DNA from: a virus
DNA: 64,000 nt
Virus record (IMG/VR): IMGVR_UViG_3300045256_000567
Strand: one strand, 5' to 3'
Positions 51,837-59,209 of the stretch are shown here, one piece after another (positions within the stretch are counted from its first letter, which is position 1; the number at the start of each line of letters is the position of its first letter). The notes below the pieces were generated by a model. The model saw only the letters and a list, made by a program, of their open reading frames with translations. It was not told the DNA's origin and searched no databases. A program made the translations under genes and the position numbers.

Positions 51837-52358
51837 TCACGAAACTTTTTCAAAAATTAGCTGCTTTGTAAGTATTTGGTATGTGAACCAGCTTGTGTTA
51901 AACCAAACATTTTTCTCGGTTTTAGAAAAGTTAACTCTTCTATCGAGAATCAATACTTCAATTCCAAACTTTCTAAAAAGTTCTCCTCTCTCGATTCCCT
52001 CCAAAGCAGTGATTGGAAGCAAGAGCGCGAAAGGTTTTTGGTATTCATAGCATTTTTTTAAAAATTCAGTTTTCAGAGAGTAGGGCGGATTTGTTATTAT
52101 TACGTCAAACTCAAAATTCGGCGAATCGTTAAAAAAATCAAATCCATCTTTGATATGTGTAGAAATCACTTTAAAATCAAACTCTTTAAGAACTTTCACA
52201 ATTTCACTTTTGCCGAAATCAGTCGGTTCCCAATAGATTTTTTCTTTGGGCAGATATTGGAGAATCGGTAATATAGCTTCCCTTGGCGTGTAGTATTCAT
52301 CGTTTTTTTCGTTTTTAACGTAACTTATAAGAGAATTTTTCAAAAAGACCACCCCCAA
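51837..52358 (-). CDS. Small N6-adenine methyltransferase-like protein (phage type)
   Basis: NDEYYTP, GFDFF and ITNPPYS catalytic motif IV. Confidence 0.8.
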   Translation of the reverse strand: MGVVFLKNSLISYVKNEKNDEYYTPREAILPILQYLPKEKIYWEPTDFGKSEIVKVLKEFDFKVISTHIKDGFDFFNDSPNFEFDVIITNPPYSLKTEFLKKCYEYQKPFALLLPITALEGIERGELFRKFGIEVLILDRRVNFSKTEKNVWFNTSWFTYQILTKQLIFEKVS

Positions 52359-52364
52359 AAAACA

Positions 52365-53330
52365 TTAATCGGTAGCAGAAAAAAGCGTATGTTCACTTTT
52401 AACATTGTAGTTGATCCAAATACTTTCAACTCTTTGTGCAAAAGAATGTACAGCCCCCTTTCCTTGTAGTTTACTTGATCTTGTTCTACCTGCTGCATGG
52501 CTTACAGTAGTTTTGTCAAACCTTGTCCATCCTTCGTTTTCTAACTTATCATAAATTTTATTTTTGTATCCTGAAAGCATTACTTTTCCTTTTACGTTTA
52601 ATAGCAAATCTACTAGTTTTTCGTGATAGTCATCTGATAATTCATACTTGTATTCTCCTTGTTTTCTTGTGGAATTTACATAAGGTGGATCAATATAAAA
52701 AAATGTTTTTGAAGAGTCCCAATACTCTATTGCTTTTAAAGCGTCTACTTTATCAATTTGTACTCTAGATAGGCGTTCATGCCACCAATAAAGCATTTTT
52801 AAATGACTGCGCCAATTATTTACATTAGATGCCATCCCTCGGTTTATTTCAGATAAAATACGCCCCCAATCACCTTCTGTACTTGCTTTACCTCCAAAAC
52901 CTTGATTTTGTGTTACGAAAAATGCCCAAGCTTTATCAATATCGTTATAATTTTCAGGGCATTCTAGAATTTTTAAAGCGCATACAAATTCCGATCTTGA
53001 ATATGGTGTCCACAATAGCTTGTGTAGAAGATCGTCAAATGTATCTTTGTTCTGTAACACACGAAAAATATTTACAATTCTGTCGTCTATGTCGTTCAGC
53101 ACTTCTACTTTGTAAGGTTTTTCTAAATTCCAGAACAAGTTTGCCGCTCCTGCAAATGGTTCTACATATATTTCAACATCATCATTAAAGGGTATGTAGT
53201 TTAGTATAAATTTCACCAAATTTCCTTTCCCCCCAAACCATCTAAAAGGCGCCATAATTCTGTTGGGTTTTTCTATGCTGTCAAGAATTTCTTTTGCTAA
53301 TAGAGATTTGAATGCTAAAGTTTTGTCCAA
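52365..53330 (-). CDS. Dam/D12-class DNA adenine methyltransferase (start revised to TTG 53330)
   Basis: PFRWFGGKG, YVEPFAGAA, EVLNDID, FYIDPPY, VMLSGY; TGATATACT lies 8 nt upstream of the TTG. Confidence 0.9.
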   Translation of the reverse strand: MDKTLAFKSLLAKEILDSIEKPNRIMAPFRWFGGKGNLVKFILNYIPFNDDVEIYVEPFAGAANLFWNLEKPYKVEVLNDIDDRIVNIFRVLQNKDTFDDLLHKLLWTPYSRSEFVCALKILECPENYNDIDKAWAFFVTQNQGFGGKASTEGDWGRILSEINRGMASNVNNWRSHLKMLYWWHERLSRVQIDKVDALKAIEYWDSSKTFFYIDPPYVNSTRKQGEYKYELSDDYHEKLVDLLLNVKGKVMLSGYKNKIYDKLENEGWTRFDKTTVSHAAGRTRSSKLQGKGAVHSFAQRVESIWINYNVKSEHTLFSATD

Positions 53331-53416
53331 TTTTCTAAAGTATATCACAAAAATTTTTCTATGGAGTGTTTTTCTCACCAAACCCACCACAGCAAGGGCC
53401 ACTACTACCAAACCCA

Positions 53417-53535
53417 GTGACGACTCCCAATTCTAAAGAATTGGGCTTCTCGCAAGAAGCGAAGACTTTGTCAGAGCCTTAGCCAAGATATTTTGTTCTG
53501 CTGCGATATTCCGATGAAGGGTTGTATTGCATTTG
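53417..53535 (-). mobile_element. IS605 tnpB 3' remnant/omegaRNA scaffold + intact right end
   Basis: Nearly identical to 16291-16409. It translates as KCNTTLHRNIAAEQNILAKAL (RuvC-III D to N) and ends GGGAGTCGTCAC. Confidence 0.9.
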
Positions 53536-53695
53536 TCATGTGGGAAATTACATGTATCCCCGCTTTGAAAAGCGGGGAATTATAGCTCCCCCACACCCCC
53601 TCAATTTTTTAACCGTACAACACACCAAGCAATGGCGTTTACTTTTGAAAGTCAAAAAAATAAAAACCTCCCAATAGGGAGGTTACTTTGGGAGG

Positions 53696-53848
53696 TTACT
53701 TTACTCGAAACATCCAAGTATCTTCCTCTAAAGTACCGAAAAAGAACCAAGTTTCCTTTCCATCCGTGACATGATGCATGTCGCTGTATCGCCATTTATC
53801 AGCTGACTTGATATCCTTCCAACGCTTAGCTTCGATGTACCACTTCAT
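53696..53848 (-). CDS. Small early protein (50 aa, Trp-rich; not in ORF track)
   Basis: MKWYIEAKRWKDIKSADKWRYSDMHHVTDGKETWFFFGTLEEDTWMFRVK*. AAGGAGG RBS, own promoter, and terminator at 53665-53684. Confidence 0.8.
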   Translation of the reverse strand: MKWYIEAKRWKDIKSADKWRYSDMHHVTDGKETWFFFGTLEEDTWMFRVK

Positions 53849-53892
53849 TATTACCTCCTTTACACAGAAAGGACATCCCTTCCTGTGACTTC

Positions 53893-53921
53893 ATAATACC
53901 ACAATACAACAACCTTGTCAA
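53893..53921 (-). promoter_or_regulatory. Sigma70-type early promoter
   Basis: TTGACA-17 nt-TATTAT with TG extension. Confidence 0.85.
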
Positions 53922-54001
53922 TACCCTTACGACCAATCGGCGGCTAGCGGGTATTGCGAGTATTGCTGTAGCGAGTAGGATGTGTTAGCGAGTTCATTAT
54001 G

Positions 54002-54074
54002 ATTATACCATATACAGGAAGTTTAGTTGCATTCATCCTACACCTAAAGGTGTAGGTTTTCTGCAAACTGTTCT
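54002..54074 (-). mobile_element. IS605 left end with internal TGGTATAAT promoter
   Basis: TTAT|AGAACAGTTTGCAGAAAA-CCTACACC-TTTA-GGTGTAGG-ATGAATGCAA. Confidence 0.85.
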
Positions 54075-54162
54075 ATAAGATTACCGATCCTCCCTGTGAA
54101 TGAGGCGTTTACTTTTGAAAATAGCAAGAAAAAAAAGAAACCCCCTTATTAGGGGGTAAAAT

Positions 54163-54369
54163 TCACTTTACCTGGAAGACAGCGGTGTTCAGGTATGGCA
54201 GGCCGAAACCTCCCCACACTTCTACGTATTCTCCTTCCTTGATCTTTACGATCAAGAAGGAGTAATCTTCCTGAACACCCTCTGCTTTCAAAATTTCTTG
54301 AATGTTTACTGAATCTTTCTCCAGAAAATAGCTATCATCCTGGAAATCTTTGACCCTAGGTATTATCAT
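54163..54369 (-). CDS. Small early protein (68 aa)
   Basis: AAGGAGG RBS, promoter at 54411-54439, terminator at 54140-54157. Confidence 0.85.
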   Translation of the reverse strand: MIIPRVKDFQDDSYFLEKDSVNIQEILKAEGVQEDYSFLIVKIKEGEYVEVWGGFGLPYLNTAVFQVK

Positions 54370-54410
54370 GATTACCTCCTTCCAGGAAGGGTCACCCTTC
54401 CTGTGACTTC

Positions 54411-54439
54411 ATAATACCACAATACAACAATCTTGTCAA
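54411..54439 (-). promoter_or_regulatory. Sigma70-type early promoter
   Basis: TTGACA-17-TATTAT. Confidence 0.85.
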
Positions 54440-54628
54440 TAACATTACAACCAATCAGCAGTTAGCATGTATTGTTGATGCTAATGTAGCGAGTAAAGTT
54501 TGCTAGCGAGTGCATTAGAAGAAACGCACCCATAAACGCAAGACCAAAATACGCAAAATCACTAATACCCCTTCCAAAAAGAGGGGCAAAGCGTTTACTT
54601 TTGAAAGGCGGAAAAAATAAAAATCCCC

Positions 54629-54769
54629 CTATTCGGGGGATTTTTCGGATTCCTCGGATTCTTTGTATTTAGAATCCTTGTATCCTTCTTGCTTCAATTC
54701 CTTGATAATTTCCTTAACCTCTGCGATAGAAATTCCGGATTCCATGATTTCGTAAAACAGGTCTTTCAT
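54629..54769 (-). CDS. Small acidic early protein (46 aa; not in ORF track)
   Basis: MKDLFYEIMESGISIAEVKEIIKELKQEGYKDSKYKESEESEKSPE*. AAGGAGG RBS; the stop codon lies in the terminator hairpin at 54619-54645. Confidence 0.8.
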   Translation of the reverse strand: MKDLFYEIMESGISIAEVKEIIKELKQEGYKDSKYKESEESEKSPE

Positions 54770-54810
54770 TTTTACCTCCTTCACAAGAAGACTATTCTTC
54801 CTGTAATTTC

Positions 54811-54839
54811 ATATTACCACAATACAGCAATACTGTCAA
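54811..54839 (-). promoter_or_regulatory. Sigma70-type early promoter
   Basis: TTGACA-17-TAATAT. Confidence 0.8.
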
Positions 54840-55028
54840 TACCCACAACACACACACACAATCAACGGCTAGCGTGTATTGCAAGTATTGCTGTAGCGAG
54901 TGGAGTGTGTTAGCGAGTGCATTAGGGTAAACTCACTCATAAACGCAGGACCAAGCAACATAAAATCGCTAATACCCCCCTGAGCGGGAAGCGTTTACTT
55001 TTAAAAACAGCAAGAAAAAAATCCCCCC

Positions 55029-55217
55029 CTATTTAGGGGGATCTTGATTGAAATAATCGCTATCTAAATACCTAATAACAACGTCAGGGTACTCCTCCGA
55101 AACCTTCTTTAGAACATCATCAATCCGTTCAGCAGAAAGGACGCACTTATAACGGAACCCCTCAATTCTCTCCAGAATTGACCAGCCATCTGAACAGGGA
55201 ACTAGATAAAGATTCAT
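55029..55217 (-). CDS. Small early protein (62 aa; start revised to ATG 55217)
   Basis: AAGGAGG precedes MNLYLVPCSDGW. The longer track ORF runs through the promoter. Confidence 0.8.
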   Translation of the reverse strand: MNLYLVPCSDGWSILERIEGFRYKCVLSAERIDDVLKKVSEEYPDVVIRYLDSDYFNQDPPK

Positions 55218-55257
55218 TACTTCCTCCTTACAGGAAGGCTGTCCTTCCTGTGACTTA

Positions 55258-55286
55258 ATAATACAACAATTCAGCAATGTTGTCAA
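55258..55286 (-). promoter_or_regulatory. Sigma70-type early promoter
   Basis: TTGACA-17-TATTAT. Confidence 0.85.
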
Positions 55287-55499
55287 TACCCTTACGACCA
55301 ATCGGCGGCTAGCGTGTATTGTTTATGCTCATTTAGCGAGTAAAGTTTGCTAGCGAGTGCATTAGAATAAACGCACCAATAAACGCAACGCAAAGAATAC
55401 CAAAATACAAAATCCCCCTATTGAACAGAGGGGGGGTGAAAAGCGTTTACTTTTGAAAGCCGATAAACAAATAATCCCCCCAATTCGGGGGGATTTTGT

Positions 55500-55703
55500 C
55501 TAATCCTCGATCCTCTGCAAAACCTCCTTACCAGTTTTAGGGTACTTGAACACCTTATACCGGATCTTGTTGTACTCTACAACCTTACCGGTATCCTGGG
55601 GTCCACTTGAAGCGCGACAATTAGGGCAAAGATCAGGAACCCGACCGACGCCTTTGTACTCAAAAATCGCGCCGCACTTCTTGCACTTCACTAGTTTTTC
55701 CAT
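55500..55703 (-). CDS. Small zinc-ribbon early protein, copy 1
   Basis: CKKC...CPNC; promoter TTGACA-17-TATTAT at 55738-55766; terminator at 55473-55495. Confidence 0.85.
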   Translation of the reverse strand: MEKLVKCKKCGAIFEYKGVGRVPDLCPNCRASSGPQDTGKVVEYNKIRYKVFKYPKTGKEVLQRIED

Positions 55704-55911
55704 AACAACCCCCTTTGTAGGTTCTTCCTACACCTTTATAATAGCATAATAAGTCATAGTTGTCAATAGGTATAATTTAGGTATACTTGAGGCATACTTG
55801 AGCGCGTATGCATTTACAAAAGGTTGATAACCTAGAAACTAAAAAATGAGTAAACGCTTGGGGTACACAGATTTACAATACCCCCTGTATTAAAAAATAC
55901 CCCCTTTTAAA

Positions 55912-56373
55912 TCAATCCAAAAACTCTAAATACCCGTCAAATACACCTAATGAAAAAGCTTTCTTTCTAGAGGATACCAAGATATCTGCTGTATTACTGT
56001 ATCTAGAGTGCATGGTATCGTAAACGATTCCTTCTATTACAGATTCATTAGAAAGATATATTTTTACTTTTTTCCCGCAAATCTTTTTGCCGTTTGAGAA
56101 AAATAGATCTCTAGAGAGTGCGATAACTGTTTCTTTTACTTCTTTTAATTTCCCACAAGAAGTAGTTAATGGATCATTATCGGTTTCTTGCGAAGAAAGA
56201 GTATAGAAAGAAATTCTATTGAGAGGAATTTTATTATTTTCTATTTCGCGCGATTTTTCTTTAATAAAAAGCATTTTTCCTATTTCTTTTGAGAATTCTA
56301 AATATTCATGAGAAGAAGGCGAACTCGAGATTGCACTAGTTAACATCAAAGTTAAAATCAGAGTTTTTTTCAT
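55912..56373 (-). CDS. 3D-domain (MltA-like double-psi barrel) cell-wall-acting protein with signal peptide
   Basis: FYT...ETDNDPLTTSCG, IALSRDL, VYDTM...ADIL; hydrophobic N-terminus; GGAGG RBS. Confidence 0.75.
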   Translation of the reverse strand: MKKTLILTLMLTSAISSSPSSHEYLEFSKEIGKMLFIKEKSREIENNKIPLNRISFYTLSSQETDNDPLTTSCGKLKEVKETVIALSRDLFFSNGKKICGKKVKIYLSNESVIEGIVYDTMHSRYSNTADILVSSRKKAFSLGVFDGYLEFLD

Positions 56374-56489
56374 TTATACCTCCGCTACGTTCTACAGTAC
56401 TAATACACGACAGTCTAACACATATGAAACAATACTACAAACTAAAGCGTTTATTTTGATTTGTGCATTTTTTGCACAAATCAAAAAAT

Positions 56490-57014
56490 TCAAAACACTT
56501 CAAAAAAATTAAAATGACTATAACTGTAGAATTTAATTTCTTTTATGTATTTATTTTCCTGAAAATTTATTTTTTTATTACTAAAAAGTAAAAATGAAGA
56601 TCTAATAACACATCTTGTTTTTCCTTTGTATAGTTCTATAGTTTCATTAAAGTCTATAGAATCTGCTATTTTGTTTAAATCATAGTTATATTCTTTTAAA
56701 TCAAAAAAGGCGTTTTTTGTAACTTCACTATTTGGACTTTTATAGATAGGTTTTTCATTATAAAATTTTATTTTCAAATCAATGTTTATTCCCGAAAAAT
56801 CAAGAAAAAACTTTTCTAATAATTTAGAAAATTCGTTTTCGTGTATCTCATAATAATTTGTAGTTTCTTTAATATTTGGGGCGTTTTTTTCTACATATAC
56901 ATAATAGATATTAGAATCTTTCCTGCATGTATTTATTGCGTAGAAATTTCCAAATTTGGAAACGATTTTATCTAATAAAGTTTTTTTTAATTCAAGTAGC
57001 GAGTTTTTGCGCAT
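56490..57014 (-). CDS. Hypothetical protein, C-terminal [LIV]F family (paralog of 59210..59731)
   Basis: Ends FFEVF; TGTATACT lies 6 nt before the ATG. Confidence 0.75.
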   Translation of the reverse strand: MRKNSLLELKKTLLDKIVSKFGNFYAINTCRKDSNIYYVYVEKNAPNIKETTNYYEIHENEFSKLLEKFFLDFSGINIDLKIKFYNEKPIYKSPNSEVTKNAFFDLKEYNYDLNKIADSIDFNETIELYKGKTRCVIRSSFLLFSNKKINFQENKYIKEIKFYSYSHFNFFEVF

Positions 57015-57063
57015 AGTTTCAGTATACAGCGTTTACTTTTAGAAAAATTTTTCAAACCAAAAA

Positions 57064-57579
57064 TCAAAATATACTAACAACGTTAGCGGAGCGAAAGATA
57101 GAAAATTCAATAAAGTTTAAAATGTAGTCATCATTTAACTCACATCTACCGTTTGGGTACAAAAGTATAGATATTTTTACTAACAAATTTTTTACTTCTT
57201 TTATATCTTCCGGTTTTTTGAAGTTAATAGTTTTTAATCCATACAGAAGCTTTTCTAAATCTTTTCCAAAATCGGCGAAATTTAAAGATAGAATAGTATA
57301 TTCCAACAAGGCATCATCGCAATATGGGTAAATAAATACTTTTGTTGTACCCAATCGATCTTTAATATTTTCTGTGTTAATAATTTCATTAAACCTGTCT
57401 GTACTTAATGGATAGTTTTCTGAATGACCGTCTGAATAGGTTACTGTAATACCGCGAATATAATTTGAGAAAAAATTATTTAAGTAGTTAGCTTCTAATG
57501 AATAATTTTTAACAATTTGAAGTAAAAAATAATCAGCAACTTCATCAAAAATATCATCAAAAGTTGTGTAGGTAAGCAT
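57064..57579 (-). CDS. Hypothetical protein, C-terminal [LIV]F family
   Basis: Ends VVSIF; TTGACC-18-TACACT lies 5 nt before the ATG. Confidence 0.75.
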   Translation of the reverse strand: MLTYTTFDDIFDEVADYFLLQIVKNYSLEANYLNNFFSNYIRGITVTYSDGHSENYPLSTDRFNEIINTENIKDRLGTTKVFIYPYCDDALLEYTILSLNFADFGKDLEKLLYGLKTINFKKPEDIKEVKNLLVKISILLYPNGRCELNDDYILNFIEFSIFRSANVVSIF

Positions 57580-57672
57580 GCTTTAGTGTACCACGACACA
57601 TACTAGCAGGTCAAGTACACATATAGAGGAATAGCGTTTACTTTTGAAAAGTGGGAAAAAATAAAAACCCCC

Positions 57673-57792
57673 TTATTCGGGGGTTTTAGAATCCTTGGAT
57701 TCAGAATTCTTTGATTCTGCATATCCTTCTTCCTTCAATTCCTTTAAAATCCATCTCGAATCTTCAATTGAGATACCAGATTCCATCAAATC
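57673..57792 (-). pseudogene. 5'-truncated paralog of the 46-aa gene at 54629..54769, disrupted by IS605 insertion
   Basis: DLMESGISIEDSRWILKELKEEGYAESKNSESKDSKTPE* begins immediately after the IS right end. Promoter, RBS and first codons are missing; the terminator at 57664-57687 is retained. Confidence 0.75.
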
Positions 57793-58036
57793 GTGACGAC
57801 TCCTAATTCTAAAGAATTAGGCTTCTCGCATTTAGCGAAGGCTCCGTCCAAGCCATTATCGGTATTTTCTTATTTTCCCGATAATTACCTTGAATCTTAT
57901 GATTCAAGTACCTACCAGCATTTTCAGCTTTGTAGGATTTGGTGTGCTTATCTTGCACAAGTTCATTATACCATAGAATTTCAATTTTTGCATTCATCCT
58001 ACGCCTAAAGGCGTAGGTTTTCTGCAAATCAATGTT
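57793..58036 (-). mobile_element. Non-autonomous IS605-family miniature element (second subtype) with internal promoter and omegaRNA-like scaffold
   Basis: TTAT|AACATTGATTTGCAGAAAA-CCTACGCC-TTTA-GGCGTAGG; TGGTATAAT; four internal hairpins; RE GAAG-CCTAATTC-TTTA-GAATTAGG-AGTCG-TCAC. Confidence 0.9.
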
Positions 58037-58200
58037 ATAAATGTAAAGTCAGTTAGCGGGTGTTATTGTGGTAAACGCACCAATAAACGCACCGAGAAGA
58101 ATACCAAAACACAAAACCCCCCAATCCAAAAAGAGGATGAGCGTTTACTTTTGAACACCCATAAACAAATAATCCCCCCAATTCGGGGGGATTTTGACTA

Positions 58201-58407
58201 CTAGTCAATACGCTGCAAAACCTCCTTACCAGTTTTAGGGTACTTGAGTACCCTATATGTAACGCCGTTATGTTCTATCACCCTTCCAGTATCTTGAGGA
58301 CCGCTTGCCGCTCTACAATTAGGGCAGAGATCAGGCACCCTGCCGACACCGGCATACTCGAAGATTGCCCCACACTTCTTGCACTTCACGAACTTTACAT
58401 TAGGCAT
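58201..58407 (-). CDS. Small zinc-ribbon early protein, copy 2
   Basis: Close paralog of 55500..55703; promoter at 58443-58471; terminator at 58171-58193. Confidence 0.85.
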   Translation of the reverse strand: MPNVKFVKCKKCGAIFEYAGVGRVPDLCPNCRAASGPQDTGRVIEHNGVTYRVLKYPKTGKEVLQRID

Positions 58408-58645
58408 GACTCACCTCTCTTGTAGGTTCTCCCTACACCTTTATAATAGCATAATAAGTCATAGTTGTCAATAGGTATACTTGAGGCATACTTGAACGCG
58501 TATGCATTTACAAAAGGTTGCTAACCTAGAAACTAAAAAATGAGTAAACGCTTGGGGGGGTGAATTTAAACTAATACCCCCATTCGCTAAAATGGGGGTA
58601 ACTAATAGCGTTTACTTTTTAGGCGCGGATTTAAAAAAATTTAAT

Positions 58646-59152
58646 CTAAAAAAGTTGTACAACTGAAAATGTCCTATTTATGCGTATACTTATTCCAAGT
58701 ACTTTACAGTCTTTGTCTTTCTTTAATATTTCATTTAGTGATATATCTTTTTTAATACTGTAAAACATAGAAACTCTTATATTTATTTCCCCGTTATGTA
58801 TTTTTTCTATTTCTCTTTTAGCTTCCGAAAATCTATCTACTAGAAAGAAATCAAATAATCTTTCTTCATTATGAGAAAAAAAGTTATTTAGAGTATTTAC
58901 GTATGTGTCTTCCTTTGTGTAAGAAACAACAATATCTACAGATTCAAATTTTATGTATTTTTTATATTTTCTTTCTATCATTTCTATTGTTTTTTTATCT
59001 ACTAAAGTAAACGGCATTGATACGTCATCTAGTCTCTCCAATTCCAATAAATATAAATCCTTTTCCTCCTTAGAAAATAGTTTAATAAATTCGCTTTCAA
59101 GTTCATAGTTAATTACCTCCACTAGTAAATTTGCTTTATTTATTATATTCAT
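58646..59152 (-). CDS. Hypothetical protein, C-terminal [LIV]F family
   Basis: Ends VVQLF; purine-rich RBS. Confidence 0.75.
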   Translation of the reverse strand: MNIINKANLLVEVINYELESEFIKLFSKEEKDLYLLELERLDDVSMPFTLVDKKTIEMIERKYKKYIKFESVDIVVSYTKEDTYVNTLNNFFSHNEERLFDFFLVDRFSEAKREIEKIHNGEINIRVSMFYSIKKDISLNEILKKDKDCKVLGISIRINRTFSVVQLF

Positions 59153-59209
59153 TTTTCCCCCCTTCTAGTTTTGGTACACTATATATACTATAGATATATG
59201 GAGCAGTGG

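Noticed and set aside
1190-52768. Numerous 60-205 aa ORFs antisense to long genes (e.g. 1190..1486, 28203..28457, 37755..38078, 43393..43929, 47107..47724)
   Set aside because: These are shadow ORFs of strongly biased coding strands with no RBS or promoter. The similarity of 28203..28457 to 37755..38078 just reflects the inverted repeat.
53331-53411. Hydrophobic N-terminal extension on the Dam-like MTase (membrane-anchored methylase)
   Set aside because: An extended -10 box lies inside this stretch and points to TTG 53330 as the true start, so the extension is an ORF-calling artefact.
53358-53416. GFGSSG reading (dUTPase motif V-like) next to the IS right end
   Set aside because: It is only a 6-residue match with no other dUTPase motif, and another frame gives an equally plausible membrane-anchor remnant.
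54730-54755. Self-targeting of the intact 46-aa paralog by the 57792 guide
   Set aside because: The site is preceded by TTAC rather than TTAT and has several mismatches in the proximal seed (GAAATC vs GATTTG).
57793-58027. 71/72-aa ORFs spanning the miniature IS
   Set aside because: They run through the IS end hairpins. At most, a 49-aa in-frame tnpB deletion remnant (GTG 57958 to 57809) exists, with no catalytic motifs.
53635-58620. Repeated units as a CRISPR array or a classical integron
   Set aside because: The units are 400-500 bp with promoters, ORFs and terminators, not 25-45 bp repeats with short spacers. There is no cas or intI gene and no canonical RYYYAAC/GTTRRRY attC pair.
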